DNA of 64,000 nt from Candidatus Woesearchaeota archaeon (lineage in GTDB: Archaea; Nanobdellota; Nanobdellia; Woesearchaeales; ARS49), in contig JAWADY010000002.1 in the NCBI GenBank assembly GCA_038891615.1, positions 1 through 64,000 on the forward strand, given 5' to 3'. The notes under the pieces were generated by a model. The model was not told the DNA's origin. It searched no databases and saw nothing but the letters and a program-made list of their open reading frames with translations. Shown here one piece after another: positions 57,700 through 64,000 of this stretch. How positions within the stretch are numbered: the first letter of the stretch is position 1; every line of letters starts with the position of its first letter. Made by a program: the position numbers and the translations under genes.

Positions 57700-58559
57700 T
57701 AATTGTTCGTTACTCAGAAATTGGTTTGAAAGGAAAAAACAGGGCCTTTTTTGAAAAGGCGCTTGCTAAAAACATAGCGCTTGCAGCAAAAAGGGCTGGA
57801 ATCAAGATAGCCTCTATAAGCAGACCATATGGCAGGTTGATGGTTGATTGTGAGCAGTGGAGCTTTCTTAAAACCGTTTTCGGCATTGCTTCCTATAGTC
57901 CTGCATTTGATGGAGGGAGTTCTATCTCAACTGCAATGAAGAAGCTATCAGAAGCTCGAGCACTTGATAAGTTTGTCGGGAAAACCTTCAGGGTTAGCTG
58001 CCAACGTCTTGACAAGACTTTTGCCATGAGCTCTGAGATGATTTGTCGTGAGCTTGGAGCCGCAATCATTGCGCACACAGGTGCAAAGGCAAAAATGACC
58101 GCATACGACATTGAATTGGGTGTTGAGGTAATCAAAGGAAGGCTTTGGCTTTTCACTGAAAGAGTGCAGGGTCTCGGAGGTCTTCCGCTTGGTGTTGAAG
58201 GAAGGGTTGTAGGGCTTTTGAAATCAGAAAAGGATGTTCTTGCAGCTCTTCTTATGATGAAACGGGGTTGCGAAATCATTCCAGTTCTCTTGAAATCAAA
58301 AAAAATTGACACATCGCTTTTAGAGTCTTTTGGAAACACTGTAAAGCCAATAACTCTTACCAAACCCTCTGAGCTTGACAAGCTCATTAACCAAACAGGA
58401 GGAAAAGCAATAGTCACAGGCCAAACGCTTTCCGACTTCAGCAATTTAAGCTCAAAAAGCATTGTTCTAAGGCCTCTTATCACATTCTCAGACAAAGAGA
58501 TTTCAGAAAAGCTTGGCTTTTACACGGAAATTTCAAGAGAAGCTTTACAAGCAAGCTAA
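57696..58559 (+). CDS. thiI: ThiI-like THUMP protein with degenerate PP-loop domain
   Basis: VRYSEIGLKGKNR, THUMP domain, GLGGLPLG, MMKRG, LRPL; lacks SGGxDS. Confidence 0.75.
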   Translation: MIIVRYSEIGLKGKNRAFFEKALAKNIALAAKRAGIKIASISRPYGRLMVDCEQWSFLKTVFGIASYSPAFDGGSSISTAMKKLSEARALDKFVGKTFRVSCQRLDKTFAMSSEMICRELGAAIIAHTGAKAKMTAYDIELGVEVIKGRLWLFTERVQGLGGLPLGVEGRVVGLLKSEKDVLAALLMMKRGCEIIPVLLKSKKIDTSLLESFGNTVKPITLTKPSELDKLINQTGGKAIVTGQTLSDFSNLSSKSIVLRPLITFSDKEISEKLGFYTEISREALQAS

Positions 58560-58615
58560 CACTTTTCATAGCTTTTTCAGCAAGCTTTATAATTGGATTT
58601 TTAATACCAAAATGC

Positions 58616-59218
58616 ATGGACATTGTTTTTCCAAATAACAATGAAAAAGAGTTTTTAGAAATTGCTGAGTGGTTAGGCACAAATGAACTCCTTCTAGCAT
58701 ACCCACTTAAAAGGCTTGAAGCTGTAACAACTTCAGAAGGCTTTATTAAGCTAATTGAGAGTTCAAAAGTAAAGATTCGAGTAGGAATTATTGCAGAGCC
58801 AAAAGAGGTTCAGCTTGCAAGAAAAGAAGGCATAACTGTCCTTTGCAGGGCATTGGCAAAGCCTGCAGACAGATGGCTTTTTGAGAAAGCAAAGCCGGAT
58901 ATAATCTTTGACCTTGAGCAAAGCCCAGAGCCAGACAGCCTTCACCAAAGAAACTCTGGGCTAAACCACGTACTTGCAGCCATTGCAGCAAAGAACAGAA
59001 TTGCAATAGGCTTTAGTTTTGCATCAATCCTTAATAGCTCAGGCACGAGGAGGGCGCAGCTCCTTGGAAGGATTGCTCAAAACACCGCCCTTTGCAAGAA
59101 GTATGATGTGAAGTGCTTCTTTGCCAGCTTTGCAAGCAGCCCTTGGGAAATGAGAGGTGAGCACGAGTTAAAAGCAATCGGAGAACTTATCGGGTTTTCT
59201 CTAAAACAAAATTTATAA
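58616..59218 (+). CDS. RNase P subunit p30 (Rpp30)-like protein
   Basis: SGLNHVLA..A...I.IGF.F..IL, N..L..KY....AS.A..PWEMR. Confidence 0.75.
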   Translation: MDIVFPNNNEKEFLEIAEWLGTNELLLAYPLKRLEAVTTSEGFIKLIESSKVKIRVGIIAEPKEVQLARKEGITVLCRALAKPADRWLFEKAKPDIIFDLEQSPEPDSLHQRNSGLNHVLAAIAAKNRIAIGFSFASILNSSGTRRAQLLGRIAQNTALCKKYDVKCFFASFASSPWEMRGEHELKAIGELIGFSLKQNL

Positions 59219-59241
59219 AGCAGAACGCTTTTAGTCACAAA

Positions 59242-60774
59242 ATGAAAAAAGAGGGCACGAAGTGTTTTTTGATTCTCTCAATACTCCTTGTGCTTCTTGC
59301 GGGTTGTGGTGGAGGAGGTGGCGCCGCGCTTAGCATATCTCATGTTGGGCAAGCTTTTGTTGGAGAAAAGGTTGATATTTTAGGGAGTTATCAAGGCGAT
59401 TTACCTGGTGGAATAGCGAGTTGGAGTTGCAATCTTTTTGTTGATGGCTCTGACAAAGGAAGGATGGAACTTACAATGTCGGGTGGGATTACCACTGCTA
59501 GGACCCAGTACACATTTACAACGCCAGGAACTCACACTTTGCAGATTAAATGCAAGGGCCCCAACCAGGAAGCTGGAAGTTCTCAAAGTTCAATAACAAT
59601 TTTACTAGACACTGAACCTCCAACAGTTGCCATAGCGCAGTATCCTTCAGAAGTACTGGTTTATGAGACTGTTCATGTTTCTGGAAGCTATTCTGATAAT
59701 TCCGGAGTAACGAGTTGCAATCTTTTTGTTAACGGTGCTGACACGGGGCGAATTAAGTTGAGTTCCTACGCAGAGAAAACAGGAGCTGCTTATGGTTCAT
59801 ATGTTGCAACAAAAGTTGGAACTAATACCTTGCAGCTCAAGTGTGAGGATGGTTCGGGTAATGAAGGCATGAGTTCTCAGGTCACAATAGAAATTTTACC
59901 AGACTTAGTCCCACCATCACTTACCATAGTTCATAAACCAGAATCACTAGTAGATGAGACGGTTTATGTTTCAGGTACCTATTCTGATAATTCCGGAGTA
60001 ACGAGTTGCAATCTTTTTGTTGATGGTGCTAACAAAGGAGTGATGAGCTTAAAAGGAGATAAAAAAGCAGGGACTGCTCAGGGCTCATATGTTTTTACAA
60101 TGCCAGGAAATCATACCTTTCAGATTAAATGCAAGGATCTTTCAGGGAATGAGGGTGCTAGTGTTTTAAGTACTATAAAAATCTCTTTCCCAGAGCTAGA
60201 CTCTTATCGTGGAGACCCTCAGCTTGACTCAAAAAGGCAGATGTGTAAGAGAGCCACAGAAGTGTTTAAGTTTATCAGCACAGGTACAAAGTGTTGTGGT
60301 GGTGATGATGCTGGTGAGTACTATAATGATCCTTACTACCAAGAGCCTGGTTATGAGAACAGTGGTGGGTGCTGGAATAGCGGAGTTAAGTACAGTGGTG
60401 TTTATGACATTGCTGGTGGCAAGGTTGCTGTTATTAATGGAAGCTTTCATGGCTGTTCTATAGACCAAACAATTGCCGCGATAAGGGATACACACACCGG
60501 GTCTCAGCTTGTTATTAATTCAACACTTTGCGAAGCTTTTTTTGATGCCCCTTCAAAGACTTGGTTGACTTGTAATGTCAGTGGTGCTTGGAAGCTAGGA
60601 AAGGCTGTCAAGAGTAACATTACTTGGCCTCCTGCTAAAGGTGAAACAAGCTTTGGTTGCTGCCCAGAAAATGAGTGCTGGGATGGCACAAGGTGTGTTA
60701 GGCTTAATACTATTAAGAAGACGGGTGTCGGTGCTTTTGTTTGTACAGCAGAAGGTTTTGTACGCCAAGGCTAA
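59242..60774 (+). CDS. Lipoprotein with three Ig-like repeats and a Cys-rich C-terminal module
   Basis: LAGC signal; three SCNLFV(D/N)G repeats; CCGGDD...GCCPENECWDG tail. Confidence 0.8.
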   Translation: MKKEGTKCFLILSILLVLLAGCGGGGGAALSISHVGQAFVGEKVDILGSYQGDLPGGIASWSCNLFVDGSDKGRMELTMSGGITTARTQYTFTTPGTHTLQIKCKGPNQEAGSSQSSITILLDTEPPTVAIAQYPSEVLVYETVHVSGSYSDNSGVTSCNLFVNGADTGRIKLSSYAEKTGAAYGSYVATKVGTNTLQLKCEDGSGNEGMSSQVTIEILPDLVPPSLTIVHKPESLVDETVYVSGTYSDNSGVTSCNLFVDGANKGVMSLKGDKKAGTAQGSYVFTMPGNHTFQIKCKDLSGNEGASVLSTIKISFPELDSYRGDPQLDSKRQMCKRATEVFKFISTGTKCCGGDDAGEYYNDPYYQEPGYENSGGCWNSGVKYSGVYDIAGGKVAVINGSFHGCSIDQTIAAIRDTHTGSQLVINSTLCEAFFDAPSKTWLTCNVSGAWKLGKAVKSNITWPPAKGETSFGCCPENECWDGTRCVRLNTIKKTGVGAFVCTAEGFVRQG

Positions 60775-60815
60775 AGCTTTAAATAATTCATGCAAGAATT
60801 TAGTTTGGAAAAAGA
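60277..60815 (+). repeat. 539-bp direct repeat, copy 1 (copy 2 at 63105-63643)
   Basis: Collinear without gaps at offset 2828; covers the Cys-rich tail, stop codon and about 40 nt downstream. Confidence 0.92.
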
Positions 60816-60960
60816 AAGGTTCTCAAAAATTCCAATTTTTATAGTCGCAGACCAAGAAGATGCCTAAAGGGTACTGTGTCTCTTTGCCAAAAACTCGAGT
60901 ATCGAACTTTGCAGCAGTGAATGAATAAAATTTATAAACACCTTTTGGCTCATTCACGAA

Positions 60961-61392
60961 ATGCGTAAAAAAAGAGGAGCAAAAATTAGCACATTCTCTG
61001 GCATTGTTCTTATCGTTATCGTTGTAGTGGTTGTTCTTTTTGTTCTTTTTAAACCTTTTCAAAGGCAAAATGTTCAAAAGGTTCCTTTTACTGAGGCCCT
61101 TCGCTCGGTCAATCCTCTTGTTTCAGAATGCATCTTGTTTGGCATTGGAAAGTTTTATCCAGATGCTGATGTTGATGATGTTCCTGACATTTGTGAGGTT
61201 TGCTTAGGCTCTAATGATTTGAATGATTCTGACTTTGACAGGATGCCTAATGGTTGTGATGCTCATCCTTCTACTTCAGGAAATCCTGTTATGGAATGCT
61301 GTGATGCTCCTGTACAAGAGCCTGTTCCTGGCTCAGGCGCTTGTGCAAGGCTTGTTTCAACGCAGCCATTACAGTGCAAGGCAAGGGTTTGA
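60961..61392 (+). CDS. Pilin-like signal protein with Ca-binding (TSP3-like) Asp/Cys motifs
   Basis: KKRG|A followed by a hydrophobic helix; DADVDDVPDIC, DSDFDRMPNGCD. Confidence 0.65.
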   Translation: MRKKRGAKISTFSGIVLIVIVVVVVLFVLFKPFQRQNVQKVPFTEALRSVNPLVSECILFGIGKFYPDADVDDVPDICEVCLGSNDLNDSDFDRMPNGCDAHPSTSGNPVMECCDAPVQEPVPGSGACARLVSTQPLQCKARV

Positions 61393-61397
61393 CAAAA

Positions 61398-63602
61398 ATG
61401 CGAACATCAAAAGGGTTGTGGCTTAATGCTTTTGTGCTTCTGCTTTTCCTTCAAACAGTCTCTGTTGTTGGTGCGCAAACATGGTCTGTTAGTAGCAGCC
61501 CTGACATTCCTACAAAAATTGCTGTTGATTCCTCACAAGTTTATGTCTTAGGTGATGATCAAAACTATCGCCATTTCAGAATAGAAAGACGAGACAAAAG
61601 TTCTGGTAATTTATTAGGCGCTGTTAAAGACTCTGACTACCAACTTTCAAATTGGGGCGCTTATGGAAGTGCTATGGCTATTGATGCAGATTCAGTGTAT
61701 GTTGCAGGAGGTTTTGATTGCAAGGGAGGAAATGAAAGGTGTCCTTTCGACGTTGATAATACCGCTGCATTTGTTATAAAAATAGGTAAAGATTTTAGCA
61801 CTAACAATCCTAGTCGAAAATGGTTAAGAATCGACAACCCAAGCTATGGTGATGACTTTGTTAATGCGATTTTTGTGGACGACGCTGTTTATGCTGTGGG
61901 TCATTATGTCGATCGGTTTTGGGTGTGCCCTCAGGGTGCGCCTTCCTGTACAGTATATCCAGCCACAAATCAGCGCCCAACAGACTGCAGCAAGCCTCTT
62001 ACCACGTGTTACGCGGTTTCAGGTTGGTGGCTTAGAAAACTTGATAAATCAACAGGAGCTGTGCTTTGGGAGAAAAAATTCAGGCCAGGAGACCCTACTT
62101 ATAGTGCTTACTCTGCAGCATCCGTAATTGCTGCAGATAACCAATATCTCTACATTGCAGGCTTCTATCATATTATGTATGGCAATACTGCTTTAAGGCT
62201 TGAGAAGAGATATAAATCAAATGGTGAATTGGTTAAAGGCTTTGGTTCAGGGGGGGTGATAATTTTTAATCCATCAGAAGGAAGTGATTATCCTGAAGAT
62301 ATTGAAGTTGGGGATGGTTATATTTATTTGGTTGCTCGCACAAGTTATCCATATCTTATATTTATTCAAAAATATGATTCAACGACAGGCGAACTAAGAG
62401 CATTTATCAATCTTGCTGAGTCTAACATTGCCAAAGACCTTTTGTTTGATTCCCCTTCAGTTTATATTGCAGGTTCTAAAGGAGGTCAAAGTGCAGGATT
62501 TATTGAAAAAAGGAACGCTTTGAACTTGTCCCTCCTTGTTCCTGAGTTCGGCAGTGCTGGTGTTTTGGAATGGAATCCTAATCCCTCTCGTCCATATGAT
62601 GTTGTTTTTTCGATTTCTGCAGATTCTGACTACATCTATGTTGGTGGTAGTAACGCCACCACTGACGGCTCTCGTTATTGGCTAATTGAAAGGCGCGACA
62701 AGAGGACAGGAGCAGGAGTGACTGCAGCAAAACCAGACTCAACGCCACCAATAGTCACCATTTATACTACAAGCATAACTGTGGAAGTCGATGCATCAGT
62801 TTCTATTTCTGGTAGTTATTCTGATGATTCTGGCGTTTCTAGTTGTAGGCTTTTTGTTGACAGCGCTGATAGAGGTGCAATGAGCTTAAGTGCGCCTGGT
62901 CAAAAAACAGGTACTGCTTCAAGCTCTCTTACATTCACACAGCCTGGAAGTCACAACTTTCAGATAAAGTGTAAGGATTTGGCAGGAAATGAAGGGGTTA
63001 GTTCTTTTGGTACAGTCACTGTTACACCTCCTGAGTATGATTCTTATCGTAATGATCCAATGCTTAGTTCGAGGCGGCAACGTTGTAAGAACGCTGGGTT
63101 TGTTAGCACAGGCACAAAGTGTTGTGGTGGTGATGATGCTGGTGAGTACTATAATGATCCTTATTACCCAGAGTCTGGTTATGAGAACAGTGGTGGGTGC
63201 TGGAATAGCGGAGTTAAGTACAGTGGTGTTTATGGCATTGCTGGTGGTAAGGTTGCTGTTATTAATGGAAGTTTTTATGGCTGTTCTATAGACCAAACAA
63301 TTGCCGCGATAAGGGATACACACACCGGGTCTCAGCTTGTTATTAATTCAACACCTTGCGAAGCTTTTTTTGATGCTCCTTCGAAGACTTGGTTGACTTG
63401 TAATGTCAGTGGTGCTTGGAACCAAGGAAGGTCTATCAAGAGTAACATTACTTGGCCTCCTTCTCTAAACGAGACAAGCTTTGGTTGTTGCCCAGAAAAT
63501 GAGTGCTGGGATGGCACAAGGTGTGTTAGACTTAATACTATTAAGAAAACAAGTGTCGGCGCTTTTGTTTGTACAGCAGAAGGTTTTGTACGCCAAGGCT
63601 AA
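61398..63602 (+). CDS. Secreted beta-propeller + Ig-like + Cys-rich surface protein
   Basis: Signal peptide; repeated D..YIYVAG...IEKR...G blades; Ig repeat; tail shared with 59242..60774. Confidence 0.8.
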   Translation: MRTSKGLWLNAFVLLLFLQTVSVVGAQTWSVSSSPDIPTKIAVDSSQVYVLGDDQNYRHFRIERRDKSSGNLLGAVKDSDYQLSNWGAYGSAMAIDADSVYVAGGFDCKGGNERCPFDVDNTAAFVIKIGKDFSTNNPSRKWLRIDNPSYGDDFVNAIFVDDAVYAVGHYVDRFWVCPQGAPSCTVYPATNQRPTDCSKPLTTCYAVSGWWLRKLDKSTGAVLWEKKFRPGDPTYSAYSAASVIAADNQYLYIAGFYHIMYGNTALRLEKRYKSNGELVKGFGSGGVIIFNPSEGSDYPEDIEVGDGYIYLVARTSYPYLIFIQKYDSTTGELRAFINLAESNIAKDLLFDSPSVYIAGSKGGQSAGFIEKRNALNLSLLVPEFGSAGVLEWNPNPSRPYDVVFSISADSDYIYVGGSNATTDGSRYWLIERRDKRTGAGVTAAKPDSTPPIVTIYTTSITVEVDASVSISGSYSDDSGVSSCRLFVDSADRGAMSLSAPGQKTGTASSSLTFTQPGSHNFQIKCKDLAGNEGVSSFGTVTVTPPEYDSYRNDPMLSSRRQRCKNAGFVSTGTKCCGGDDAGEYYNDPYYPESGYENSGGCWNSGVKYSGVYGIAGGKVAVINGSFYGCSIDQTIAAIRDTHTGSQLVINSTPCEAFFDAPSKTWLTCNVSGAWNQGRSIKSNITWPPSLNETSFGCCPENECWDGTRCVRLNTIKKTSVGAFVCTAEGFVRQG

Positions 63603-63643
63603 AGCTTTAAATAATTCATGCAAGAGTTTAGTTTGGAAAAAGA
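63105..63643 (+). repeat. 539-bp direct repeat, copy 2
   Basis: Aligns to 60277-60815 with scattered substitutions. Confidence 0.92.
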
Positions 63644-63653
63644 GGTGTTGTGA

Positions 63654-64000
63654 ATGCGTGGCGTGGCTTTGTTTTTAGTTCTTTTACTAATTTTCTTATT
63701 TCTCATACCAACACCCGTAAGCGCAGGGGTTTGGACGAAAGTCTATGAAAAGCCAAGCCCAAGCTGGCAGTACACTGGCTATTGCGATTCCACTAAAAAA
63801 TGTTTCTATGGCATTGTCAATCAGTTTGGTGATTTAAGTGAAAGTTCTTGTTCTGATATCAGTGCTTGTTATTGCATTGACTCAAATCAAGCAATAAAAG
63901 ACAATTATTGTGAAGATGGTAATTGGACTACTAGAACAAAATTTGTTGCTCAAAAACTTGCTGATTTTGCAACAGGTTATGGCAATTTTGCACTTTATTG
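63654..64000 (+). CDS. 3'-partial secreted Cys-rich protein
   Basis: GAGGTG SD; MRGVALFLVLLLIFLFLIPTPVSA signal; ...DNYCEDGNWTTRTK...FALY; open to the window end. Confidence 0.75.
   Translation, partial: MRGVALFLVLLLIFLFLIPTPVSAGVWTKVYEKPSPSWQYTGYCDSTKKCFYGIVNQFGDLSESSCSDISACYCIDSNQAIKDNYCEDGNWTTRTKFVAQKLADFATGYGNFALY

Noticed and set aside
60277-63643. Diversity-generating retroelement TR/VR pair
   Set aside because: Differences are mostly C/T and mixed changes rather than adenine-specific; both copies are coding; no reverse transcriptase is in the window.

Overview
Archaeal chromosome segment, most likely a DPANN archaeon (Woesearchaeota-like; inferred from gene content and typical hypothetical proteins). 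Most of the window is core information-processing DNA. It includes the uS13-uS4-uS11-rpoD-tRNA(Leu, BHB intron)-eL18-uL13-uS9-rpoN operon, LeuRS, SRP RNA, TBP, MCM, aIF2-beta, PolD (both subunits), Cdc6/Orc1 with an adjacent ORB-flanked origin, TFE, Hjc, RNase Z, EndA, FEN1, Trm5, TyrRS, RFC, pelota, PheRS and IscS/ThiI. Two visibly AT-rich islands interrupt it. The first (about 33.9-41.1 kb) is bounded by inverted IS-like ends. It contains a decayed integron-like platform: a broken tyrosine recombinase, a divergent attI-like GTTAGGC site and an attC-like hairpin. Between those sites lies an operon of two aminoacyl-tRNA-synthetase paralogs, two methyltransferases, a GNAT and MccF-like peptidases, which is a candidate aminoacyl-nucleotide biosynthesis or immunity system. 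The second island (about 44.4-46.7 kb) holds a small Cys-ended peptide, a frameshifted radical SAM/SPASM enzyme and TlyA. Other oddities are a 137-bp conversion tract between two TrmB paralogs, a tRNA overlapping rpoD, a structured uS13 leader and a 539-bp duplicated surface-protein tail. All calls come from reading motifs by eye; no searches were run.
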